From NCBI GenBank assembly GCA_965650905.1, contig CBFGQM010000001.1:1-47435 (forward strand): DNA of 47,435 nucleotides. The letters run 5' to 3'. Below the pieces are notes generated by a model that was given only the letters and a program-made list of their open reading frames with translations, was not told the DNA's origin and made no database searches. The number at the start of each line of letters is the position of its first letter. Position 1 is the stretch's first letter. Source of the stretch: an uncultured Streptomyces sp. (lineage in GTDB: Bacteria > Actinomycetota > Actinomycetes > Streptomycetales > Streptomycetaceae). The translations under genes were made by a program, and so were the position numbers. Positions 22,169-32,713 of this stretch are shown one piece after another.

Positions 22169-22427
22169 CGATTGAAGGCCACCCGATCGGCGCATACCAG
22201 ATGCATACGGGTGGCCGGGTCGCATTCGGGTAACCGTGGACGACCGCTGCCCGTAGAAGCCTTCTGCGGCCTACTGTTGACGTGTGCGCCTGCCGTGCCC
22301 CCACTGCGGTCGGGGCATCCCTGGTCGTCGAGAGCCCGGGGAACGGTTTTCAGACGCGGTGCCGCTGAGGGTCTTTCGGACATCGGGCCGCGTGGCGTGG
22401 GCACCGCCGGCTGTGAGAGGGACGCGT

Positions 22428-24656
22428 ATGGAACCGACCGAGAGCGCCGCCCCGGACTCACGGCTGCGTCCGCGCTGGGTGACCGGTATGCGGCGATGGC
22501 GGGTATCCCTGCGCACCGCCGGGCAGCGCACCGCGACGGACGCGCGCGGCCGGGCTCACGCGGGCGTCGGCTCCGGGCGCCCGATGCCGGGCCATGAACC
22601 GGAGCGGCGGACGTCCTGGCCCGCGCTGCCCACGGCCGTCGCCGCGACGGCCGGGGTGGTGCTGGGCGCGGGTTTCTACGAGGCGTTCTCCGGGCACTAC
22701 GCGCTCTTTCCGTCCGGTTCCGTCGGCTGGTCCCTGGCCGTCCTGGTCGGCATCATCGTCGGCCACCTGGTGGCACTGGGCCGTGCCCGCTGGTGGGGCG
22801 GCACGGGCTCCGGCGCCGCCCTCACCCTCGCCGTGCTGCTGCTGTACGGCTGGGTGCCGGCCGGAATGGTCAGCCTCATCGTCGTCGTACTCGTCGGCAC
22901 AGCCCGCTGCCACCGCCGGCGGCAGGGTGTGCTGCACGGGGCGGTGGACATCCTGGGCATCGGCTGCGGTGCGCTGGTGCTGGCCGTGTTCGGCCGGGTC
23001 CCGTCCGTGGAGAAGCCCTGGAATCCGGAGACCTGGACCGTCTACACCGCGCCCGAAGTGGTGCTGGTGGCGGTCGCGTATCTCGCCGTGACCCGCGCAC
23101 TGCTCTGGTACCTCCACGCGCCCCGCACCGGCGGCCTGCCCACCGTCGCCCGCACGGCCCTGGTCAGACAGGGGATCGTCGCTGTGGCGCTGCTCGGCAT
23201 CGCCCCGCTGATCTGCGTCGTCGCGATGGCCCTCCCAGTGCTGCTGCCGTTCTTCTCGATCCCCCTCATCGCACTCGACTCCACCCTGTGGATAGCCCGT
23301 GCCCGGGCCGAGGAGCAGTTGCGCGACCCGCTCACCGGGCTGCCCAACCGTCAGTGGCTTCTCGAACGGACCTGGACAGCGCTGGGCGACGCCGAGCGGA
23401 TCGGTGCGCGGTCCGCACTGATGCTGATCGACCTGGACCGTTTCCGGTCCGTGAACGACACGCTGGGGCATCTCGCGGGGGACCGGCTGCTGTTGCAGAT
23501 AGCCGACCGTTTGCGGCTGGCGTTGCCGCGCGGGGCGGAGGTCGCGCGGCTCGGCGGGGACGAGTTCGCCGTTTTACTGCCCGTCGCAAACTCCACGACG
23601 TCCGCCACACGGGTCGCCCGCAATCTCGTCGCCGCGCTCGGTTCGCCGCTCGACCTCGACGGGCTCACCCTCGTCCTGGAGGCAAGTGCCGGGCTCGCCG
23701 TCTTCCCCGATCACGCGCTCGACGCGGAGGGGCTGCTGCGACGGGCCGATATCGCGATGTACCAGGCGAAGCGGGACCGTACGGGGGTGGAGGTGTACGA
23801 GTCCAAGCGGGACTCCAACACTCCCGACCGCCTCGGGCTGTTGGGGGATCTGCGCCGGGCTCTGGACACGGGAAACGTCGAGCTGCACTACCAGCCGAAG
23901 GTGCGGTTCGATGGGCACGTGGCCGGGCTCGAGGCACTCGTACGGTGGGTGCATCCCGAGCGGGGGAAGGTGCCGCCGGACGAGTTCATAGCCATCGCCG
24001 AGTCGTCCGGGCTGATGCCGCATCTCACCGAGTACGTGCTGGAGACGGCGCTGGGGCAGGTCGCGCGGTGGCGGGCTCAGGGGCTGTATGTTCCGGTGGC
24101 CGTCAACGTGTCGCCGCGGGATGTGCATACGCCCGGTTTCGCGGGGGCGGTCGCGGCGCGGCTGGCTCGCCACGGGGTCCCCGCGGGGGCGTTGCAGCTG
24201 GAGATAACCGAGCATGTGCTGCTGGAGGATCCGCAGCGGGCCGCGGACACCCTGGCCGCGCTGACCGGGCACGGGGTGAAGATGTCGCTCGACGACTTCG
24301 GGACCGGGTACTCGTCGCTGGTCCACCTGCGTCGGCTGCCCGTGAGTGAGCTGAAGATCGACCGGTCCTTCGTGGCGCGGCTGGCTGTCGATACGGAGGA
24401 TGCCGAGATCGTCCGGTGCACCGTCGATCTCGCTCATTCGCTGGGGCTTCTGGTTGTCGCCGAGGGGGTCGAGGACGACGAGACGTGGGAGCGGCTTCGG
24501 GATCTCGGGTGCGATGCCGTCCAGGGGTGGCTCGTCGCTGCCGCGATGCCCGCCGAGGAGACGACCGCGTGGCTTCGGGCCCGCGGGTCGCGGGGCTGGC
24601 AGCGGCCCGCCGCCGCGTTGCCCTCGGCGGCGGATGATCGCGGGCCGGTTGGCTAG
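22428..24656 (+). CDS. rmdB: Membrane GGDEF-EAL c-di-GMP phosphodiesterase
   Basis: Transmembrane segments, RLGGDEF, intact EALVRW and DDFGTGYSS; TTA codon at 23574-23576; located between ligA and gatC; start ATG 22428 after GAGAGGGA. Confidence 0.88.
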   Translation: MEPTESAAPDSRLRPRWVTGMRRWRVSLRTAGQRTATDARGRAHAGVGSGRPMPGHEPERRTSWPALPTAVAATAGVVLGAGFYEAFSGHYALFPSGSVGWSLAVLVGIIVGHLVALGRARWWGGTGSGAALTLAVLLLYGWVPAGMVSLIVVVLVGTARCHRRRQGVLHGAVDILGIGCGALVLAVFGRVPSVEKPWNPETWTVYTAPEVVLVAVAYLAVTRALLWYLHAPRTGGLPTVARTALVRQGIVAVALLGIAPLICVVAMALPVLLPFFSIPLIALDSTLWIARARAEEQLRDPLTGLPNRQWLLERTWTALGDAERIGARSALMLIDLDRFRSVNDTLGHLAGDRLLLQIADRLRLALPRGAEVARLGGDEFAVLLPVANSTTSATRVARNLVAALGSPLDLDGLTLVLEASAGLAVFPDHALDAEGLLRRADIAMYQAKRDRTGVEVYESKRDSNTPDRLGLLGDLRRALDTGNVELHYQPKVRFDGHVAGLEALVRWVHPERGKVPPDEFIAIAESSGLMPHLTEYVLETALGQVARWRAQGLYVPVAVNVSPRDVHTPGFAGAVAARLARHGVPAGALQLEITEHVLLEDPQRAADTLAALTGHGVKMSLDDFGTGYSSLVHLRRLPVSELKIDRSFVARLAVDTEDAEIVRCTVDLAHSLGLLVVAEGVEDDETWERLRDLGCDAVQGWLVAAAMPAEETTAWLRARGSRGWQRPAAALPSAADDRGPVG

Positions 24657-24945
24657 CCGGCGTTCAGGTTTGTCCACGGCCGCGGGCCGTGGTGGGTTGC
24701 CCGGCCTGGTCGCCGGGCTGCTTTCCCACCAGCGCCTCAGCGCCTCAGCGCGCCTCAGCGTCACAGCACGCCATCAGAACCGGCGGTTCCCCGTGGCCCG
24801 TCGGTCGCGGCGTAGCCGTGGCCCCGGATCTCGGGGGCCTGTCCCGACCTGGAGGGTGGGCGGTGGGGAAACCCGTGCGCGGGCACCCGCGCCGGCGCCA
24901 TAGGATTGGGCCAAACCACACACACTCACCCCTGAGGATCGCTGC

Positions 24946-25242
24946 ATGCCTGGCATCACGCGCGAGGAGGTCGCCCACCTCGCCCGGCTGGCGCGTCTGG
25001 AGCTGAAGGGCGAAGAGCTCGATCACTTCGCCGGCCAGCTCGACGACATCATCGGCGCGGTCGCCCGCGTCAGCGAGGTCGCCGACCAAGACGTACCGCC
25101 GACCTCCCACCCGCTGCCGCTGACGAACGTCATGCGAGCGGACGAGGTCCGTCCGTCGCTCACCCCCGAGCAGGCGCTCTCCGGCGCCCCGGCCCAGGAG
25201 CAGCAGCGTTTCAAGGTGCCGCAGATCCTGGGGGAGGACTAA
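24946..25242 (+). CDS. gatC: Asp/Glu-tRNA amidotransferase subunit C
   Basis: [15 protein letters not shown]...FKVPQIL. Confidence 0.97.
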   Translation: MPGITREEVAHLARLARLELKGEELDHFAGQLDDIIGAVARVSEVADQDVPPTSHPLPLTNVMRADEVRPSLTPEQALSGAPAQEQQRFKVPQILGED

Positions 25243-25246
25243 CACC

Positions 25247-26751
<1,505 letters not shown>

Positions 26752-26755
<4 letters not shown>

Positions 26756-26994
26756 GCAAGGCACTGTCGAAGGCCAAGGGCTTCAAGAAGACGAAGTCCG
26801 GTACGTACCTGTCCATGGCCACCACCACGTTCGGTGCCGTCGCCGTCGTGAAACAGGCCAAGAAGGCCCGCCTGGAGAACGACACACTGCGCCTGATCGA
26901 CGCGATGGTGTCCGCCGCCGCCATCGTCACCGGCCTCGCCATCCTCTACCGGGAGCTGAAGCGCCTGGGCGACGACGACGTCCTGCTGGGCTGA
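26752..26994 (+). CDS. Small membrane protein (80 aa) within the gat operon
   Basis: GTGA overlap with the gatA stop, GAGGAGG RBS, high-GC3 codons, two hydrophobic segments. Confidence 0.8.
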
Positions 26995-27010
26995 GAGGGA
27001 AAGTTTCACC

Positions 27011-28522
27011 GTGACTGTCATGACTGACCTGGTGTCGTACGAGGACGCGCTCGCGTCATACGACCCCGTCATGGGCCTCGAGGTCCATGTCGAACTCGGC
27101 ACCAGGACCAAGATGTTCTGCGGCTGTTCGACCAAGCTGGGTGCCGAGCCCAACGCGCAGACCTGCCCGACCTGCCTCGGGATGCCCGGCTCGCTCCCGG
27201 TCGTCAACGCGACCGGCGTCGAGTCCGCCATCAAGATCGGCCTCGCGCTGAACTGCGAGATCGCCGAGTGGTGCCGTTTCGCCCGGAAGAACTACTTCTA
27301 TCCGGACATGCCAAAGAACTTCCAGACCTCCCAGTACGACGAGCCAATCGCCCTCAACGGCTATCTGGACGTCCAGCTGGAGGACGGCGAGGTCTTCCGC
27401 GTGGAGATCGAGCGCGCCCACATGGAGGAGGACACCGGCAAGTCCACGCACGTGGGCGGTGCGACGGGCCGTATCCACGGCGCATCCCACTCGCTCCTCG
27501 ACTACAACCGGGCCGGCATCCCGCTGATCGAGATCGTCACCAAACCGATCGTCGGCGCCGGCGAACGGGCTCCCGAGGTCGCCAAGGCGTACGTCGCCGA
27601 GCTGCGCGAGCTCATCAAGGCGCTCGGTGTGTCGGAGGCCCGCATGGAGATGGGCCAGATGCGCTGCGACGTGAACCTGTCGCTGCGCCCGCACGGTGTC
27701 GAGAAGTTCGGTACGCGCTCCGAGACGAAGAATGTCAACTCGCTGCGCAGCGTGGAGCGTGCGGCCCGCTTCGAGATCCAGCGGCACGCGGCCGTACTGT
27801 CCTCGGGCGGCACGATCATCCAGGAGACCCGGCACTTTCACGAGGACACGGGGTCGACGACCTCGGGCCGCGTGAAGGAAGAGGCGGAGGACTACCGCTA
27901 CTTCCCCGAGCCGGACCTCGTCCCGGTCGCTCCGGCCCGCGAGTGGGTCGAGGAGCTGCGGGCGGGCCTGCCCGAGCTGCCGCGGGTACGCCGCAACCGG
28001 CTGCGCGAGGAGTGGGGCATCTCCGCCCACGACATGCAGTCGATCCTGAACGCGGGCGCGGTCGACCTGATCGCCGCCACGATCGACGAGGGCGCCGACT
28101 CGTCCTCGGCCCGCAAGTGGTGGATGGGCGAACTGGCCCGTCACGCCAACGAGTCGGGCCGAGCGATCGACGAACTGCCGATCACGCCCGAGCAGGTCGC
28201 CCGGGTCGCCGCCTTGGTGTCGGCCGGCGACCTCAACGACAAGCTGGCCCGCCAGGTCATCGAGGGCGTCCTCGCGGGCGAGGGCGCCCCGGACGAGGTC
28301 GTCGAGAAGCGCGGCCTGAAGGTGGTCTCTGACGAAGGTGCCCTGACGACCGCCGTCGAGGAGGCCATCGCCGGCAACCCGGCCATCGCGGACAAGATCC
28401 GCGGCGGCAAGGTGGCCGCGGCGGGCGCCCTTGTGGGCGCGGTCATGAAGGCCACGCGGGGTCAGGCCGACGCGGCCCGCGTCAAGGAGCTGATCCTGGA
28501 GAAGCTGGGCGTCGAGGGCTGA
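27011..28522 (+). CDS. gatB: Asp/Glu-tRNA amidotransferase subunit B
   Basis: [28 protein letters not shown] and [10 protein letters not shown] motifs. Confidence 0.98.
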   Translation: MTVMTDLVSYEDALASYDPVMGLEVHVELGTRTKMFCGCSTKLGAEPNAQTCPTCLGMPGSLPVVNATGVESAIKIGLALNCEIAEWCRFARKNYFYPDMPKNFQTSQYDEPIALNGYLDVQLEDGEVFRVEIERAHMEEDTGKSTHVGGATGRIHGASHSLLDYNRAGIPLIEIVTKPIVGAGERAPEVAKAYVAELRELIKALGVSEARMEMGQMRCDVNLSLRPHGVEKFGTRSETKNVNSLRSVERAARFEIQRHAAVLSSGGTIIQETRHFHEDTGSTTSGRVKEEAEDYRYFPEPDLVPVAPAREWVEELRAGLPELPRVRRNRLREEWGISAHDMQSILNAGAVDLIAATIDEGADSSSARKWWMGELARHANESGRAIDELPITPEQVARVAALVSAGDLNDKLARQVIEGVLAGEGAPDEVVEKRGLKVVSDEGALTTAVEEAIAGNPAIADKIRGGKVAAAGALVGAVMKATRGQADAARVKELILEKLGVEG

Positions 28523-28569
28523 ACCTCGGGATCCGAACCCTCGGGATCTGGCCTCTCGGGAACACATCT

Positions 28570-28610
28570 GAACGCCGGCCGGGCTGGATTATTCAGCCCG
28601 GCCGGCGTTC
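28570..28610. terminator. 17-bp perfect inverted repeat after gatB
   Basis: gaacgccggccgggctg-gattatt-cagcccggccggcgttc. Confidence 0.7.
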
Positions 28611-28671
28611 CACTGCCCACGCGGCGGGGGTGAGGCCTACGCTGTACAGGACCCCGGGCCGAGGAGGCACC

Positions 28672-28872
28672 GTGTTCAACATGATCGAGGAGCTCTTCGC
28701 ACCAGGCCGCAAGCACACCGAGGACGAACGCAAGCGGCTGGAGCTGACACATGTGGACCTCGACGACGGAGACCCGGGACGCGGGCCGATAGACCTGTCC
28801 TCCGGCAAGGTGGTCGTACGTCTGCCGGTGCAGGCGCAGCCCGAGTCGCCAGTGGATCCGCCCGAGGACTGA
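28672..28872 (+). CDS. Small DUF6191-like protein (66 aa)
   Basis: GAGGAGG RBS, GTG start; LFAPG.KH..DE and GPIDLSSG.V motifs. Confidence 0.7.
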   Translation: MFNMIEELFAPGRKHTEDERKRLELTHVDLDDGDPGRGPIDLSSGKVVVRLPVQAQPESPVDPPED

Positions 28873-28884
28873 GCGAGCAGCCGC

Positions 28885-30054
28885 CTACTTCACCTCCAGT
28901 TCGAGAATCCTGTCGTCCTCCGAGTCCGGGGTCCCCCGGCCGTCCGTCTCGCTGGTCATCAGCCACAGTTTGTCGCCGCCCGCAGAGAGCACCGTGCGCA
29001 AGCGGCCGTAGTCGCCCTCGAAGAACGCCTGCGGTTCCGCCGCGGCCGTCGTGCCCTGCAGCGGGATGCGCCAGAGTCGCTCGCCGCGCAGCCCCGCCAT
29101 CCACACCGAGCCCTCCGCGATGGCTATACCGCTCGGGGAGGATTCGGCCACGCGCCACTGTGCCACCGGGTCTATGTACTTGGAGTCGCCGGCCTTGCCT
29201 TCCACATCGGGCCAGCCGTAGTTGCCGCCGGGCCGGATCTGGTTCAGCTCGTCCCAGGTGTCCTGGCCGAACTCCGAGGCCCACAGGCGCTGTTTGCTGT
29301 CCCAGGCGAGCCCCTGGACGTTGCGGTGCCCGTACGAGTAGACGACCGAGTCGCCGAACGGATTGCCCGGAGCCGGCTCCCCCTCCGGTGTCATGCGAAG
29401 GATCTTGCCACCCAGTGACCTCTTGTCCTGCGCCAGCGGGCCCTCGTGCCTCTCGCCGGTCGTCGCGTACAGCATCTTGTCGGGGCCGAAGGCGAGACGG
29501 CCGCCGTTGTGGTTCGTGCCCTTCGGGATGCCCCGCAGGATCGTGTCGGGGGCGCCCAGCTGCTCGCCCTGCGGCTTCTCCGCGTCGTACGGCATCCGCA
29601 CGATCCGGTTGTCCGAGGCGCTGGTGAAGTACGCGTAGATCATGTGGTCCGAGGCGTACTCGGGGGAGAGCGCGATGCCCAGCAGACCTCCCTCGCCGGC
29701 GGGGGAGACCCCCGGCACCGTCCCGAGCTCCGTCTTCTTGCCGGTCTTCGTGTCGACGCGAAGGATCGTGCCCTCGTCCCGCGACGACACCAGCAGGGCG
29801 TCCTCGCCGGGCAACGGCGCGAGGCCCCACGGCGTCTTCAGGTCCTCGGTGACCGTCCGCACGACCTTCGCCGAGCCCTTCGCGGGCGCGGCGTCCTCCT
29901 CCGTCCTGCGGGTGCCCGACGGCGAGGCGCCCGGCTGCGAGGCGATCGGCGAGGACGTAGTGCCACCGGCCCGTCCGTCGTCGTCCGACGAGCACCCGGC
30001 CGTCAGCAGAAGGACGGCCGTGGCCAACACGGCGGTCACAGCTCGACGTTGCAC
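28885..30054 (-). CDS. PQQ-dependent glucose/sorbosone dehydrogenase family lipoprotein
   Basis: Lipobox TAGC; PWGLA, GEGGLLG, HNGGRLAFGPD, GHRNVQG and NYGWP motifs. Confidence 0.92.
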   Translation of the reverse strand: MQRRAVTAVLATAVLLLTAGCSSDDDGRAGGTTSSPIASQPGASPSGTRRTEEDAAPAKGSAKVVRTVTEDLKTPWGLAPLPGEDALLVSSRDEGTILRVDTKTGKKTELGTVPGVSPAGEGGLLGIALSPEYASDHMIYAYFTSASDNRIVRMPYDAEKPQGEQLGAPDTILRGIPKGTNHNGGRLAFGPDKMLYATTGERHEGPLAQDKRSLGGKILRMTPEGEPAPGNPFGDSVVYSYGHRNVQGLAWDSKQRLWASEFGQDTWDELNQIRPGGNYGWPDVEGKAGDSKYIDPVAQWRVAESSPSGIAIAEGSVWMAGLRGERLWRIPLQGTTAAAEPQAFFEGDYGRLRTVLSAGGDKLWLMTSETDGRGTPDSEDDRILELEVK

Positions 30055-30154
30055 GATCAGGATCCCTTCGACGCGGCAGCTTCTCCTTCTCATACACCGC
30101 AACCCGCTCACAGGTTCCCGATCTCCGAACACGGATTGCGGCGAGACCTGTACG

Positions 30155-30244
30155 CAGTCCCAGATACCAGTCTCAGATACCAGTCCCAGATACCACCCTC
30201 GCTCATTGCGCGGGCCGCCAGTGCGTCCTCAGTGCGTCCTCAGT
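30155..30244. repeat. Short tandem repeats (13-nt x3; 11-nt x2)
   Basis: cagtc(c/t)cagatac x3 at 30155-30193; cagtgcgtcct x2 at 30219-30240. Confidence 0.85.
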
Positions 30245-30318
30245 CTCGACGAGACTGCCCCGCCTTGCCCCCCGAGGCCTCGCCCCAGCCCCAGCCATCA
30301 CCTGCGGCGACCGCCCGC

Positions 30319-31329
30319 TCAATCCCAAGACCCCTGAGCCCGAGGCAGCTCCGCCACCTCCGCGAGGTCCTTCGCGGACAGTCGAAGCGCGGCGGCCCAC
30401 GCGTTCTCGGCGGCCCAGCGCTCGCGCTTGGCGCCCGGCACCGGCACCACGTGCGGCCCCTGTGCGAGCACCCAGGCGAGGGCCACCTGTGCCGGGGTGG
30501 CGTCGTCACCGGCCGCGTCGCGGTACCGCCGGGCGATGCGGCGCAGACCCGCCACGATCGGCTGGTTCGCGGCCATCATCTCGGCGGTGAAGCGTGGGTG
30601 CCGGGCGCGTATGTCGTCGGGCTCGAAGCCCTCGCCGGGCGTGAGTGTCCCGGTCAGGAAGCCGTTGCCGAGCGGCATCGCCGCCAGGAAGCCGACGCCG
30701 CGTGCCTCACACCACGGCAGCAGCCCGTCCAGCGCCTCCGGCGACCACACCGACAGCTCGGCCTCCACCGCGCTCACCGGGAAGACCTGCTGCACTCGCT
30801 CCAGCTGCCGGATCGTTCCGTCGTGCAGGCGTGCCCCGGAGTGGCGGCCCGAGCGGGCGCCCACCGCGCACAGCCCGAGCGCCCGCACCTTCCCCGCCGA
30901 CACGAGCTCCGCCATCGCCCCCCAGGTCTCCTCCACCGGCACCTCGGGGTCCGCGCGATGCAGCTGATACAGGTCGATGACGTCCGTCTGCAGGCGCCGC
31001 AGCGAGGCGTCGCAGGCCCGCTTCACATATCCGGGACGGCCGTTGGCCACGATGTGCTGCTTGCCCACCAGCAGCCCGCACTTGCTGGAGACGAAGGCAT
31101 CCGGACGCCGCTCCCTCAGTACCCGGCCCACCAGCAGCTCGTTGGTGAAGGGCCCGTACATGTCGGCGGTGTCGAGGAGAGTCGAGCCCCGGTCGAGGGC
31201 CGCGTGCACGGTCCGCAGCGACTCGTCGCCCCGCTGCCGAGAACCCGAGTACGCCCAGCTCATCGGCATGCAGCCGAGGCCCACGGCCCCCACTTCGAGC
31301 GCAGCCGCGCCGATCGTCCTGCGGTCCAC
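30319..31329 (-). CDS. Aldo/keto reductase
   Basis: GLGCMPMS, DTADMYG, IDLYQLHR and AQVALAWVL motifs. Confidence 0.93.
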   Translation of the reverse strand: MDRRTIGAAALEVGAVGLGCMPMSWAYSGSRQRGDESLRTVHAALDRGSTLLDTADMYGPFTNELLVGRVLRERRPDAFVSSKCGLLVGKQHIVANGRPGYVKRACDASLRRLQTDVIDLYQLHRADPEVPVEETWGAMAELVSAGKVRALGLCAVGARSGRHSGARLHDGTIRQLERVQQVFPVSAVEAELSVWSPEALDGLLPWCEARGVGFLAAMPLGNGFLTGTLTPGEGFEPDDIRARHPRFTAEMMAANQPIVAGLRRIARRYRDAAGDDATPAQVALAWVLAQGPHVVPVPGAKRERWAAENAWAAALRLSAKDLAEVAELPRAQGSWD

Positions 31330-31404
31330 CTGGCTGTGTCCTCCCTTTCCCGGTTCCCCAAACTAACCTCTGCCTCTACAGGCGCTTCGCATAGCCTCCT
31401 GAGC

Positions 31405-32346
31405 ATGACTCCCGACGTGTGGCTTCCCTTCGACGCAGACGACATCGAAGGCCTCCCCGAGGGCCTCAACTATCTTTTCTGGGACGGTGAGCAGGGCTTT
31501 CCCGCCGATCCCGCCGACTGCGCGCTCTACGTCGTGCCCTATATGAAGAGCAGCGACATCTCGGTGCGCCCCATGGCCGAGATGACGTCCGTCCAGGTGG
31601 TGCAGACGATGTCGGCCGGTATCGACCACGTCCGGCCGGGCCTGGAACTGCTGCCCAAGGGCGTGCAGTTGTGCAATGCGCGCGGGGTGCACGACGCCAG
31701 TACGGCCGAGCTCACGCTCACGCTGATCCTCTCTTCGCTGCGAGGCGTCCCCGACTTCGTGCGCGGGCAGGACCATGAGGAGTGGCGGTCCGGTTTCCGT
31801 CCCGCGCTCGCCGACAAGTCCGTCCTGATCGTCGGCTACGGCTCGGTCGGCTCCGCCATCGAGGACCGGCTCGCGCCCTTCGAGGTCGGGCGGGTGGCGC
31901 GTGTCGCGCGCTCCGCACGCGAGACGGAGCGCGGCCAGGTGCATCCGATCACGGCACTGCCAGGACTGCTCCCGGACTTTGACGTCGTGGTGCTCATCAC
32001 ACCCCTCACCGAGCAGACGAAGGGCTTGGCGAACGCCGACTTCCTGGCGCGGATGAAGGACGGCGCGCTGCTCGTGAATGTCGCCCGGGGCGGCGTCGTC
32101 GACACCGAGGCGCTCCTCGCCGAGCTGGAGAGTGGCCGGATCAGGGCGGCCCTGGATGTCACCGATCCCGAGCCGCTGCCCAAGGGGCACCCGTTGTGGC
32201 ATGCGCCGGGAGTACTCATCAGTCCGCACGTGGGCGGCCCGACGTCCGCGTTCCCGCCGCGCGCCAAGCGGCTCCTGGTTGACCAGTTCAACCGTTTCGT
32301 GAACGGTAAGCCGCTGCGAAACGTTGTCCTCACTACGGGCGCGTAG
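31405..32346 (+). CDS. D-2-hydroxyacid dehydrogenase
   Basis: GYGSVG, NVARG, LDVTDPEP and SPHVGG motifs; TAGCCT leaderless promoter. Confidence 0.92.
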   Translation: MTPDVWLPFDADDIEGLPEGLNYLFWDGEQGFPADPADCALYVVPYMKSSDISVRPMAEMTSVQVVQTMSAGIDHVRPGLELLPKGVQLCNARGVHDASTAELTLTLILSSLRGVPDFVRGQDHEEWRSGFRPALADKSVLIVGYGSVGSAIEDRLAPFEVGRVARVARSARETERGQVHPITALPGLLPDFDVVVLITPLTEQTKGLANADFLARMKDGALLVNVARGGVVDTEALLAELESGRIRAALDVTDPEPLPKGHPLWHAPGVLISPHVGGPTSAFPPRAKRLLVDQFNRFVNGKPLRNVVLTTGA

Positions 32347-32407
32347 GCCTCTGCGGCCACCTCCGCAGTCTCCTGGATGCGGGTCAGCGTGCGAATGGCA
32401 CTGCGTC

Positions 32408-32443
32408 GTCACGGAGGGTAAAGGGGCTATGCCCCTGAGTGAC
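32408..32443. promoter_or_regulatory. Two degenerate BldD boxes upstream of cdgC
   Basis: gTCACgGAGgGTAAa (32408-32422) and aTGCCcCTGaGTGAc (32429-32443), two mismatches each; cdgC is an established BldD target. Confidence 0.5.
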
Positions 32444-32530
32444 GACTGGTGTATCGTCCCGACAGGGGATGCGCCGCGCACCGTTCGGCGCCGGGGACGA
32501 GACGGCAGACTGCCAGGGGGGCGACGGGCG

Positions 32531-32713
32531 ATGCACGGCCTATGGACCAACGATCAGACGCAGCGGAGCCGCCGACAGCGACCCCGGCGTGTATCGAGCG
32601 AGCGCGGTCACTGCTCTCACCACCACCGCAGGCACAGCGCCCGCAGGCGACACACCCATCCGGCACACCGGGACCAGAGGGACTCGGGGGAGCGGACCGG
32701 AGAGACACAGTGA
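32531..32713 (+). CDS. Candidate small His/Arg-rich ORF (60 aa) coupled to cdgC
   Basis: AGGGGGG RBS-like sequence, ATG 32531, stop overlapping the cdgC GTG (GTGA). Confidence 0.45.
   Translation: MHGLWTNDQTQRSRRQRPRRVSSERGHCSHHHRRHSARRRHTHPAHRDQRDSGERTGETQ

Noticed and set aside
29446-31404. 966-aa ORF as a fusion protein
   Set aside because: Only 31405-32346 is a real dehydrogenase; the upstream part is antisense to the AKR and PQQ dehydrogenase genes.
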